From: Bacteroidales bacterium
GTDB lineage: Bacteria; Bacteroidota; Bacteroidia; Bacteroidales; F082
NCBI GenBank assembly: GCA_017531225.1
Contig: JAFXLL010000014.1
Location: 45,390-109,389 of the forward strand
DNA: 64,000 nt
Reading direction: 5' to 3'
Under the pieces are notes generated by a model, which was not told where the DNA came from, did not search any database, and saw only the letters and a list, made by a program, of their open reading frames with translations. Within the stretch, counting starts at the first letter, position 1, and every line of letters begins with the position of its first letter. The position numbers were made by a program, and so were the translations under genes. Positions 55,901 through 63,458 of this stretch are shown here, in pieces.

Positions 55901-57283
55901 TTCCATGTAAAAGGTATGAGGGTTGGTGGAATCGTCGGTGGAATGAATTATTGCACCGTTGAAGGATGCGTCAACAATTCTATAGTATATGGTACCGGAA
56001 CAGGATATGGCGGCTCTTTGTGTGTTGGTGGTATCGTAGGAAGCAATTTATCTGGCGGCGTGATTTCCAATTCGTACAATCGCGGCAGTGTCGTCACCGA
56101 CTATGGTTACGCAGGAGGAATTGTCGGATTTTCGATGGGCGATGTCCACAATGTGTATAATACAGGCGAAATTACCGCAGAAGAATCGGGTTCATATTTG
56201 GGAAATATCGTTGGATTCATTCAAGCAGCTGGGCCTCACAGCTGCTATTGGCTTGAAAACGGACTTCCTGGAGAAGGTTATCCAGGTGCGCCTAATACGA
56301 TAATGACAGGCTCGACATCGTTCCATCAAGGTGCTACACCAAAGACTTGGGTTCTCGACGAAGCACAGTACGGCACTACCGATTTGCTCGAAGCACTGAA
56401 TCTCGGCCCGCACGACAATTACCTCTGGCTCGAAGATGGCAATAATACCAACGACGGCTTCCCTGTTTTCGTTTATATTGAGCCAACCAATCTGGTTTCC
56501 GGTTCCGAGTGGTACTACGAAATCCTGAACGATGACGGCAGCATCACCTATCAGTATTTGCAACACAGCGGTGACACCACGATCAATGACGAACCGGTTC
56601 AAATCATCGTGAAGATCAATACGCTTTACGACAAAGGCAAACATGTAGAGAAGAGTCACGAATACATCTATGAAAGAGACGATAAGGTCTATTGGTGGAA
56701 TAAGACTCTGGAAGAGTTCACCGTGCTTTACGATTACAACGCCCAAGTTGGTGACGAATGGGAGATCAATGTGGGTTTGGAAAGCTTGTTGATGCATGTG
56801 GATGCTGTGGAACTGTACGAATACGAAGGACGTCAGTACAAGATGCTTCAAGTGAGCGATGCAGAAAACCTTTTCAGCGGTACGATAGTTCGCGGTATCG
56901 GCCATTTGACAAGTTTCTTCCCTGAAAGACTTCTCAGTAAAGGCTACCGTGTGGAAGGTATTCGCTGCTTCTGGCAAGACGGTGAATTGGTTTTCAAATA
57001 TGGCGAGAAGGAATGTGACGAGGTCTATGAAGAATTCCATGATTACAGCGTGGATGACCTCAATGGATCGGAAGAATTCAGCATCTTCCCCAATCCTACC
57101 GATGGCATGATCACCATTTCAGGTAGACAAACTGGCGAATACCGCATCACCAATCTTATGGGTCAAACCCTGATGACGGGTCAGATCGAGAGCGAAAACC
57201 AACAAATCAATATATCGGCATTATCCGATGGGATGTTTTTCATTACCTTTGCCGGATCAACCCGGAAATTCATAAAGCATTAA
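52991..57283 (+). CDS. Giant modular T9SS cargo protein (domain X, GLUG region, domain X, GLUG region, domain X, CTD)
   Basis: 1430 aa with a signal peptide. Two CWDGT(I/V)A..YAGG.GTE.NPY.I....QLALLA..TN.GT.GDAYY modules start at 53608 and 55200. Three GAEWY(F/Y)-type domains start at ~53069, ~54662 and ~56507. CTD: IFPNPTDGMITISG...GMFFITFAGSTRKFIKH. Confidence 0.82.
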   Translation: MKKLLFTTFFLMAFTLSGMTQSFAPQGAEWYFQVEYNSVPITQPSFGYLAYAVTGEAEIQGHVCSVINNQYYVYEENNVVYWYNQLNDAFTVLYDFNAETGDTWYCDVAECTCLVTVTGVGSVIWNGHTYRTQYVEAWGDGSMPFFDGRIFEGIGYEKGLFPDEMACYDCVDCDYISYMRCYLEDGEMLYHEGDYDCDYIPGVTGNCWDGTIADSYAGGNGTEENPYRISNGKQLALLAYETNNGTSGDAYYKLTANINLEKCSGGYNVWTSIGTPEHPFTGHFDGNENYVLNLYQCQNTAYKGLFGYTDGAKISNVEMALCEIGFESEYAGALVGYANQTDICNCHVGDQSHVYSKYGIVGGIVGSLVNGIIHISSNHAQVQTKIQSDENASVAAGGIVGNLMNGVISDSYNLGSVTGLLEETGKSVLNIGGIVGASTGSVHNVYNAASVSSASDQNCGEIVGYDTESSHFLNCYWKQNNSGLPACGNPDLPTLPCSTSFIKDTSTLNWGILNEPQYGTSVLIDALNMGSSNDCIWRMEYHYPQPTYQAPIGFAPQGAEWYFNRSSFMGSPISYYHMEVLGDTVIQGHHCSIITPQFLGGNGNEQFVYEQDRKVYWFNQTLQAFTTLYDFNAEAGDSWICEIDSCAYQVTVTEITNFTWEDTDFRVQRVTYDGELGYYGGGTIIDGIGEISGLFPYPYACSYSIYDGPYPDYLRCYLVNGEMLYHSGVYDCEEMGYCWDGTVAETYAGGDGTEDNPYQIATSEQLALLAQQTNDGTGGDAYYVLTQNVSLKNCSGGNIQWIPIGNHIHDKNDNIHYFTGHFDGVGHTIYGLYQNIDNGLDYFGGLFGCTDGAEIKNIRMHQCSINGIGGNIGSVVGFASRTDVLNCTAYDSYIRTTGSYTYAGGIVGYAGTPIGVSQIDEPVFRISNCKIETVIVESSLYAGGIVGCVNDESDNAQYHISNCSSDNSQYFHVKGMRVGGIVGGMNYCTVEGCVNNSIVYGTGTGYGGSLCVGGIVGSNLSGGVISNSYNRGSVVTDYGYAGGIVGFSMGDVHNVYNTGEITAEESGSYLGNIVGFIQAAGPHSCYWLENGLPGEGYPGAPNTIMTGSTSFHQGATPKTWVLDEAQYGTTDLLEALNLGPHDNYLWLEDGNNTNDGFPVFVYIEPTNLVSGSEWYYEILNDDGSITYQYLQHSGDTTINDEPVQIIVKINTLYDKGKHVEKSHEYIYERDDKVYWWNKTLEEFTVLYDYNAQVGDEWEINVGLESLLMHVDAVELYEYEGRQYKMLQVSDAENLFSGTIVRGIGHLTSFFPERLLSKGYRVEGIRCFWQDGELVFKYGEKECDEVYEEFHDYSVDDLNGSEEFSIFPNPTDGMITISGRQTGEYRITNLMGQTLMTGQIESENQQINISALSDGMFFITFAGSTRKFIKH

Positions 57284-57293
57284 GCAACTAAAT

Positions 57294-57668
57294 ATGAAAA
57301 AACTTCTTTTAATTGCGCTCACCATGATGGTTTTGGTGGCGATATCCGCCTGCAAAGGTGATGCTTACGGCGATGTCTTTGTAAACAGAAAACCAGTGAC
57401 ATTTCACGTGAGTGCTGATAACGGCAATCCCATCTCGAACGTTGAGGTCAAAGCCGAAGAACTGGATAGTTTCGACAATGACCCCATCATCAACCGAACA
57501 AGAAGTGTTTTTACGGATTTCAATGGGATAGCCACCATTACTGATGCCGCTTTCGACCATGAGTCCCGAACGAACAGATTCACTTTCGTTGCCGATGATT
57601 ACGTGGTTTTCGACACTACCTTCGCATCATGGACTGATACGGTAGATATTGTGCTTTTTAAGCGATAA
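57294..57668 (+). CDS. Small lipoprotein, function unknown
   Basis: 124 aa with lipobox AISACKG. It lies 10 nt after the giant cargo gene, so it is probably the last gene of that operon. Confidence 0.65.
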   Translation: MKKLLLIALTMMVLVAISACKGDAYGDVFVNRKPVTFHVSADNGNPISNVEVKAEELDSFDNDPIINRTRSVFTDFNGIATITDAAFDHESRTNRFTFVADDYVVFDTTFASWTDTVDIVLFKR

Positions 57669-57838
57669 GAATCATGTGGTGATGGCTTGAAGCTCTTTTC
57701 CCAAGGCGTGTAAAGCATTCACAATCTTTTCGCTTTGTGGTTTACGTGGTTTGCTTTTGCCACAAATATAATGTCCAAGTTGACGTTGGTTGATTCTTTA
57801 CTATTCTTAATCAAAGAAAACGAAAATTTTTTTAAAAA

Positions 57839-58237
57839 CTATTCTTTTATAAGCATCATGGCACATCGGTCAATGATGTCGTTGGCCAAGGCGAAACCAT
57901 CGTCACAAATACTTTTTCTGGAATTACCATCATAATCCATGGAAAGGTGCATGGTGTTATAGCTGTTATTCACCAAAGCTAATAACTTCTTGTCTCTTTT
58001 CCTTACCGCATCATAATAATCATTGATATCAACTCTTGTGCGGCGGTCTTTTCTGACCTCGAACACGGCATCCAACGCCAATAGTACTGAATGCCAAAGA
58101 TAATGGCCTGCGGCTCTCACATACTTGTCGTCTTCATATTGTTTTAACTCCGAGTTGTAACGTCCGTTTTCTCGCAATATTTTTTCGGCATTGTCAACAT
58201 ATCGCCTCGATTCTTCTATCAGTTTCTCTTTTTTCAT
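57839..58237 (-). CDS. Hypothetical all-helical protein (132 aa)
   Basis: Intact ORF with a TATTTTTG box 30 nt upstream. A degraded second copy lies at 59646..59748. It may be a DUF5618/HEPN-like family member, but I cannot verify this. Confidence 0.6.
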   Translation of the reverse strand: MKKEKLIEESRRYVDNAEKILRENGRYNSELKQYEDDKYVRAAGHYLWHSVLLALDAVFEVRKDRRTRVDINDYYDAVRKRDKKLLALVNNSYNTMHLSMDYDGNSRKSICDDGFALANDIIDRCAMMLIKE

Positions 58238-58266
58238 AATGCTATCGTATTAATAAATTCACGGTG

Positions 58267-58274
58267 CAAAAATA
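58267..58274 (-). promoter_or_regulatory. Candidate -7 box (TATTTTTG) for the 132-aa gene
   Basis: Reverse complement of caaaaata. The same motif (gcaaaaata) is retained in the duplicated segment near 59775. Confidence 0.4.
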
Positions 58275-58378
58275 ATATTAATTCAAAAAAAGTCAATAGT
58301 TAAGTTGTTGAAATTTTGGAATTATTAAGAAAAAATTATTGTAATTTTGCCCAAGTAAAACAAAAGAAACAATCCGCC

Positions 58379-59017
58379 ATGAAAAAATTAGTTTTTTTAT
58401 TGATAGCCTTTGTCTCGGTCATCTTCCTGATAGGGTGCAAAGAGCCAGAGGTTATTGACTTGGGTACCATTCCCGAAAAATATCTTGCCACCGTGCCTTA
58501 CGAGGATGGACAGACCTTCTATCTTCAGCACGAGAGCGACCGAAACATTATCCCTTTCAAAGTCAGCCGCCATCGCATTCTGAGTCAAGGCAACGATGCT
58601 TGGGGGTTCGAGTATTACGGGAAATACAAACCGGCTCCTTCTGTTTATTTCGACTATGAAGTTGATGTCACCACCTGTAAACCCGACTACCCGATATTTG
58701 ACATTAAACTCCAGTTCTCCAATGCTTATATGGCTGACAGCATGTATTATCACCAGCCTATTCAGCAAAAAACCGCTCAACTGAACTGCCATAACTTGTA
58801 CACCCTGTTCCCGCTGATCGGCGAACCTACGGACCAGATTACCGTGCTCGATTCTATCGAAGTCAACGGTCACACCTATTTCGATGTGTTTGAATTTGTC
58901 GAAGAGGGAAGCTCACAAGACATTGACATCAAGTCGTTTTATTACAATTACGAAAAAGGCGTCATCGCCATCTTCATGTCGAACGGTGAAAAATATTTGC
59001 TTTATGAAGAGAAATAG
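58379..59017 (+). CDS. Lipoprotein, function unknown
   Basis: Start is MKKLVFLLIAFVSVIFLIGCKEPE (ATG at 58379, inside track ORF 58316..). Lipobox LIGC. Confidence 0.65.
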   Translation: MKKLVFLLIAFVSVIFLIGCKEPEVIDLGTIPEKYLATVPYEDGQTFYLQHESDRNIIPFKVSRHRILSQGNDAWGFEYYGKYKPAPSVYFDYEVDVTTCKPDYPIFDIKLQFSNAYMADSMYYHQPIQQKTAQLNCHNLYTLFPLIGEPTDQITVLDSIEVNGHTYFDVFEFVEEGSSQDIDIKSFYYNYEKGVIAIFMSNGEKYLLYEEK

Positions 59018-59630
59018 CATTTGGATGGCCTTCATGTTGTTGTTGGCCTTTACCTCGTGTGTGAAAACAGAATATCATTATGTAGACAACGACCTTAAGG
59101 TCTGGTTTGTAGACCAAGACAAAGCCGATTTCATGGTGCGTGACCAGAATGACATCGCCCAAGTTTTCCATGTCGACGACACTGTGGTGGATATGATTCC
59201 CAGTGGTTCCTATTTTCTATGCTTCGAGACCGACGACGACTTTTGCGAAAACATTCACCAAAACGGTCGTGTCTCCTACTTTGTTGGCGACGCCCTCAGG
59301 CTGAGTATCACCAACTATTACGAAACAAGTTCGCATTTTTCCTTGTATTTCTACGACGTGTGTTTCACGATAGAAGTGGCGGATGACCAGTTCTCATGCT
59401 CGGAATGTTTGGACGACAGGGCACTTGGCGGGACAGTGCCTTGCACCATGGAGATGCTTGATTTCCATGAGGTCAACGGCAAGACTTATCAAGACGTCAT
59501 GCACTTCAAGATTACCGATTTTGATGCCATTTCCTCTCGAAACACCTTCCCATCAGAGCTGTATTACGCCAAGCATTATGGTCCCATTGAGTATGAATTA
59601 GGCGGAAAAGTCCGTTGTTTAAGGGAATAA
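59004..59630 (+). CDS. Lipoprotein, function unknown
   Basis: Start is MKRNSIWMAFMLLLAFTSCVK (ATG at 59004, inside track ORF 58884..). Lipobox FTSC. Overlaps the previous gene by 14 nt. Confidence 0.65.
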   Translation: MKRNSIWMAFMLLLAFTSCVKTEYHYVDNDLKVWFVDQDKADFMVRDQNDIAQVFHVDDTVVDMIPSGSYFLCFETDDDFCENIHQNGRVSYFVGDALRLSITNYYETSSHFSLYFYDVCFTIEVADDQFSCSECLDDRALGGTVPCTMEMLDFHEVNGKTYQDVMHFKITDFDAISSRNTFPSELYYAKHYGPIEYELGGKVRCLRE

Positions 59631-59645
59631 TACGTTCTTCGCTTT

Positions 59646-59748
59646 TTAGGAAGCCAACAGCTTCTCACATCGGTCAATGATGTCATTAGCGAGACGGAAA
59701 CCATCATCGCAGGTGTTTCCGTGCTTCTTCTATGGGATTTTTCTTCAT
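59646..59748 (-). pseudogene. Internally deleted remnant of a paralog of the 132-aa gene at 57839..58237
   Basis: The minus strand reads ATG AAG AAA AAT CCC ATA GAA GAA GCA CGG AAA CAC CTG CGA TGA (MKKNPIEEARKHLR*). In another frame it then reads CDDGFRLANDIIDRCEKLLAS*, which matches the intact gene's C-terminus (CDDGFALANDIIDRCAMMLIKE). About 300 nt of the middle is missing. Confidence 0.6.
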
Positions 59749-59827
59749 AGTATAATGTATTTTATTAATTCGCTGCAAAAATACTATTAATTCAAAAAAA
59801 GTCAATAGATAAGTTGTTGAATTTTTG
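59749..59827. repeat. Duplicated intergenic segment (second copy of 58238..58317)
   Basis: Shares a 23-nt identical run, attaattcaaaaaaagtcaatag (58277-58299). After one mismatch, a further 12 nt (taagttgttgaa) are identical. Flanking similarity is also visible. Confidence 0.6.
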
Positions 59828-59852
59828 AAATCATCAGGTGAAAATCGATGAA

Positions 59853-60761
59853 TTAACTATTCCGATACTGATTCGGTGTCATCCCTGTGTGTTTCTTGAA
59901 ATACTTGAAAAAGAAAGAAGAATTTGGAAAATTCAATTCGTCGGCGATTTCCTTGATACCGCAGTCGCTGTGCTTCAGCAATTGCTTGGCCTCCAAGATA
60001 ACGTATTGGTCAATCCAATAAGGTGCCGACTCACCGCTGGTTTCCTTCACGATTTTGGAGAGGTACTTTGGCGTGATGCAAAGCTTGTCAGCATAAAACC
60101 CTACGTTTCGTTCCCTGATGTGGTACCGCGTGACCAAGTCCAAGAATCGTTCAAAAACGATTTTGTGTCGGGTTGAGACGGGCTGTTCCGCTTCGCTATG
60201 GTTAAGCATGCGTTGGTTGAGGAAACTGCCAAACAAGAAGAACACTGAGGAGATTAAGTGGCTGATACCTTCACGGGCGTAGGCATAGTTGGAATGGATA
60301 GCCGCATTGATGAGTTGGATGTGCTGCTGTACCAAGGCGAGTTCGTCGGGCTGCAAAGTAATGCACGGATTGTCGAGGATCAACATGGCTTCGTTGAGCA
60401 TCTTGGTGATGTCGGAACGGAAATTCGACAAAAACTGCTCAGTGACCGCGATTATGGTCAACTCGGGAGCATCCTCGGTCTCGTTGGGCTCAATGCGGAT
60501 GATGTTTTGAGGCAAGTTGAGCACCATCATGCCTTCGTGGATCTCGTATTCCTTCAAGTTCATACTGCCCTTGAAACTGCCTTTCTTGCAGAATGCCACC
60601 ATATAAGCGTTGATGCGGCAAGGATAGCGCAACAGGTTGTAATTGGCCTCGTTGGTGCGGTCAGCCATGATGAAGTCATCGTCGATATTAATGATATCAT
60701 CGGTCAAGAATAGCTCCTTGACCTTGGCAATGCTGAAACTGTTCAGTTTTTTCGTCTCCAT
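59853..60761 (-). CDS. AraC-family transcriptional regulator
   Basis: 302 aa. The C-terminal double HTH is FYADKLCITPKYLSKIVKETSG...IKEIADELNFPNSSFFFKYFKKHTGMTPNQYR. It is divergent from the efflux operon. Confidence 0.88.
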   Translation of the reverse strand: METKKLNSFSIAKVKELFLTDDIINIDDDFIMADRTNEANYNLLRYPCRINAYMVAFCKKGSFKGSMNLKEYEIHEGMMVLNLPQNIIRIEPNETEDAPELTIIAVTEQFLSNFRSDITKMLNEAMLILDNPCITLQPDELALVQQHIQLINAAIHSNYAYAREGISHLISSVFFLFGSFLNQRMLNHSEAEQPVSTRHKIVFERFLDLVTRYHIRERNVGFYADKLCITPKYLSKIVKETSGESAPYWIDQYVILEAKQLLKHSDCGIKEIADELNFPNSSFFFKYFKKHTGMTPNQYRNS

Positions 60762-60918
60762 TCGTTCAAAATTTCGGCAAAAGTAGATTGTTTTGATGGA
60801 TTATTGATTACAAATTATCGAAAATTCGACTTTTTGACAGTTTTAGGGGTAATTTGGATTCCTTTTGGTCGAAAATGATGTCTTTACTTTGCGCCATCGA
60901 ACAAAATGGAATAGAATA

Positions 60919-62436
60919 ATGAATAAAGTATTGAAAAACACAATGTTACTATTGGCTCTCAGCCTGATTTCGCTGACTGCTGAAGCACAAAGAGTGCTGA
61001 CCTTGGATGAGTGTCACCAGTTGGCCTTGGAAAACAACAAGAAACTGAAAGTGGCTGAAGAAGAGGTGAACAAAGCCCGCTATGAGTTGTATTCCTCATA
61101 CGCCAACTATCTTCCCAAGGTATCAGCAACAGGCACTTATATGCATAACAGCAAGAGCTTGCAGCTGTTGAGCAATGAAAACATTGACAAACTCAACCAC
61201 ATTGGCACCATGGCGCAAAACCAGATAGACGCCTATCGTGAGGAGCTGCTGGCCATCTATCAAAATGATCCCTTTGCGGTTGTATCTTGGGCATTGTTGC
61301 AACATGATCCCCTGATTAATAAACTTGTCACCGACTTGATGGGACTTAACGTAGAGGAAGCCCTCAACCAAATCGGCGAAGAAGTGTCAGATGCTTTCAA
61401 AATTGACACGAAGAACATCTACGCAGGCATAGTCTCCATACAACAGCCGATTTTTGCCGGTGGCAAGATTGTGGCCTACAACCAGATTACCAAGGACCTG
61501 AAAGGATTAGCCGAATCAAAGCTGGAAATGCAGCAGCAAGAGGTGGCGGTGACCACAGAACAGGCTTATTGGCAGATTGTCAGCATCGCCAACAAGCTGA
61601 AACTGGCCGAGAGCTATACCGAATCACTTCGTATCCTTAATGCCGATGTGGAGAAAATGGTTGCCGCAGGTGTAGCCACCCATTCTGACCAGTTGGCCGT
61701 AAAGGTGAAACTCAACGAAGCGGAGACTGCCTTGCTGAAAGCGCAAAACGGTTTGGCACTCTCAAAAATGCTGCTTTGTCAGATTTGTGGATTGCCGCTT
61801 GACACAGACATCGTCCTGGCCGACGAAGAGCTCGACGATGTACTGCTTATCAGCAAAAAACCTTCGTATTCGGAAAGCGAAATCGAAATTAACCGTCCTG
61901 AACTGAGATGCCTAAGCCTGGCCAACGACATCTACGCCAAAAAGGTATGGATCACCCGTGCCGATTATCTGCCTACCATCGGAGCGTTTGGCAATTATGT
62001 GGTCAGCAACCCGTCGTGTTTCAACGGCTTCCAGAACGAGTTCGGCGGCATGTGGAACTTCGGCGTGATGGCCAAGATACCGATCTTCCACTGGGGAGAA
62101 GGTTACAACAAGATACGCATGGCCAAAGCCGAAGCGAAAATACAGCAATATACCTACGACGACACCAAGGAGATGATCATGTTGCAGGTCCGCCAATGTG
62201 AGACCAAGCTCAGCGAAGCCAACTCGCGATTGAAACAGACGCAAGAAAAACTCAACGATGCCGACGAAAACCTTCGAATGGCCAACGCCGGCTTCCGAGA
62301 GGGTGTTGTGGCATCGTCGGTGCTTGACCTTGCCCAAACCGCATGGCTGCAAGCCCATTCCGAGTATATCGACGCCAAAATCGATTGTATTATGGCTGAC
62401 GTAAATTTACGCAAGGCCGCCGGTGTTTTGAAATAA
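60919..62436 (+). CDS. TolC-family outer-membrane efflux protein
   Basis: Start is MNKVLKNTMLLLALSLISLTAEAQ (ATG at 60919, inside track ORF 60865..). Two-repeat alpha/beta architecture is visible. Typical block: LTLDECHQLALENNKKLKVAEEEV. Confidence 0.88.
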   Translation: MNKVLKNTMLLLALSLISLTAEAQRVLTLDECHQLALENNKKLKVAEEEVNKARYELYSSYANYLPKVSATGTYMHNSKSLQLLSNENIDKLNHIGTMAQNQIDAYREELLAIYQNDPFAVVSWALLQHDPLINKLVTDLMGLNVEEALNQIGEEVSDAFKIDTKNIYAGIVSIQQPIFAGGKIVAYNQITKDLKGLAESKLEMQQQEVAVTTEQAYWQIVSIANKLKLAESYTESLRILNADVEKMVAAGVATHSDQLAVKVKLNEAETALLKAQNGLALSKMLLCQICGLPLDTDIVLADEELDDVLLISKKPSYSESEIEINRPELRCLSLANDIYAKKVWITRADYLPTIGAFGNYVVSNPSCFNGFQNEFGGMWNFGVMAKIPIFHWGEGYNKIRMAKAEAKIQQYTYDDTKEMIMLQVRQCETKLSEANSRLKQTQEKLNDADENLRMANAGFREGVVASSVLDLAQTAWLQAHSEYIDAKIDCIMADVNLRKAAGVLK

Positions 62437-62453
62437 TTAAAAAACAAACAAAT

Positions 62454-63458
62454 ATGGCTACAACATTAAGAGAACAAAGAATTAACACCTACCTGGCTTT
62501 GGGAGTGCTGGGTGGTGTGATAGCGGTGGTGTGCATCATTGGCATACTTACCTTCCACAAAGAAACGGAATACCTTCAAGGACAGGCGGAAGTGACGGAG
62601 TACCGCGTGTCGAGCAAAGTCCCGGGACGTATTTTGGAATACAAGGTCCATGAAGGACAGATGGTGAGGAAGGGAGACACCCTTGCCATCCTTGAAGCTC
62701 CCGAAGTGGAAGCCAAACGGGCTCAAGCGGAGGCTGTAGAGCAGGCAGCCATCGCCTTGAGCGACAAAGCCCAACACGGCGCCAGGTCGCAGCAGATAGA
62801 AGGCGCCTACGAGATGTGGCAAAAGGCAAAAGTCGGCGTGGAGATCGCCGAGAAGTCGTTCAATCGTGTCAGCAACCTTTACCAAGAAGGCGTCGTAAGC
62901 GAGCAGAAATACGACGAGGTAAAGGCACAGCGTGATGCCGCCATCGCTACCGAAAAAGCCGCCAAATCCCAGTATAACTTAGCGCTGGCCGGTGCTCAGC
63001 AAGAGGATAAGGAGATGGCCGCTGCCAAGGTCTTGCAGGCACAAGGCGTGGTGGCTGAAGTCAACTCCTATATCCATGAGACCGTTCTGACGGCTTATTC
63101 CGACGGTGAGGTGGCTGAGATTTTCCCACATGTCGGTGAACTGGTCGGCACAGGCGCCCCCATCATGAACATCGCACAGATGGATCAGCAATGGGTGAGC
63201 TTCAACGTGCGCGAGGATTGTTTGAAGGACTTCAGCATCGGCACGGAATTCGACGGCTACGTCCCCGCGATTGACAGGACTATCCGGATGAAGGTCAGTT
63301 ACATGAAGGATCTCGGTGATTATGCTGCTTGGAAAGCCACCAAGGAGACGGGACAATATGACTTGAAGACCTTCGAAGTACGTGCAACCCCGCTATCAAT
63401 ATCAAGAGACCTTCGTCCTGGCATGAGCGTGGTGGTGAAAAGGGAACATAGAAGATGA
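62454..63458 (+). CDS. HlyD-family membrane-fusion (periplasmic adaptor) protein
   Basis: 334 aa. N-terminal TM, lipoyl-like motif (VSSKVPGRILEYKVHEGQMVRKGDTLAILE), and a coiled-coil hairpin. Confidence 0.88.
   Translation: MATTLREQRINTYLALGVLGGVIAVVCIIGILTFHKETEYLQGQAEVTEYRVSSKVPGRILEYKVHEGQMVRKGDTLAILEAPEVEAKRAQAEAVEQAAIALSDKAQHGARSQQIEGAYEMWQKAKVGVEIAEKSFNRVSNLYQEGVVSEQKYDEVKAQRDAAIATEKAAKSQYNLALAGAQQEDKEMAAAKVLQAQGVVAEVNSYIHETVLTAYSDGEVAEIFPHVGELVGTGAPIMNIAQMDQQWVSFNVREDCLKDFSIGTEFDGYVPAIDRTIRMKVSYMKDLGDYAAWKATKETGQYDLKTFEVRATPLSISRDLRPGMSVVVKREHRR

Noticed and set aside
57669-57795. Minus-strand 40-codon open stretch ending ...RQLGHYICGKSKPRKPQSEKIVNALHALGKELQAITT*, considered as a gene fragment or small gene
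   Set aside because: - It has no ATG/GTG/TTG start in frame after the upstream stop.
- It has no recognisable family and is too short to judge.
- I kept it only as a possible relic.
59838-60176. 112-aa plus-strand ORF following the duplicated promoter segment
   Set aside because: - It lies entirely antisense to the well-supported AraC-family gene (59853..60761).
- It has no motifs of its own.
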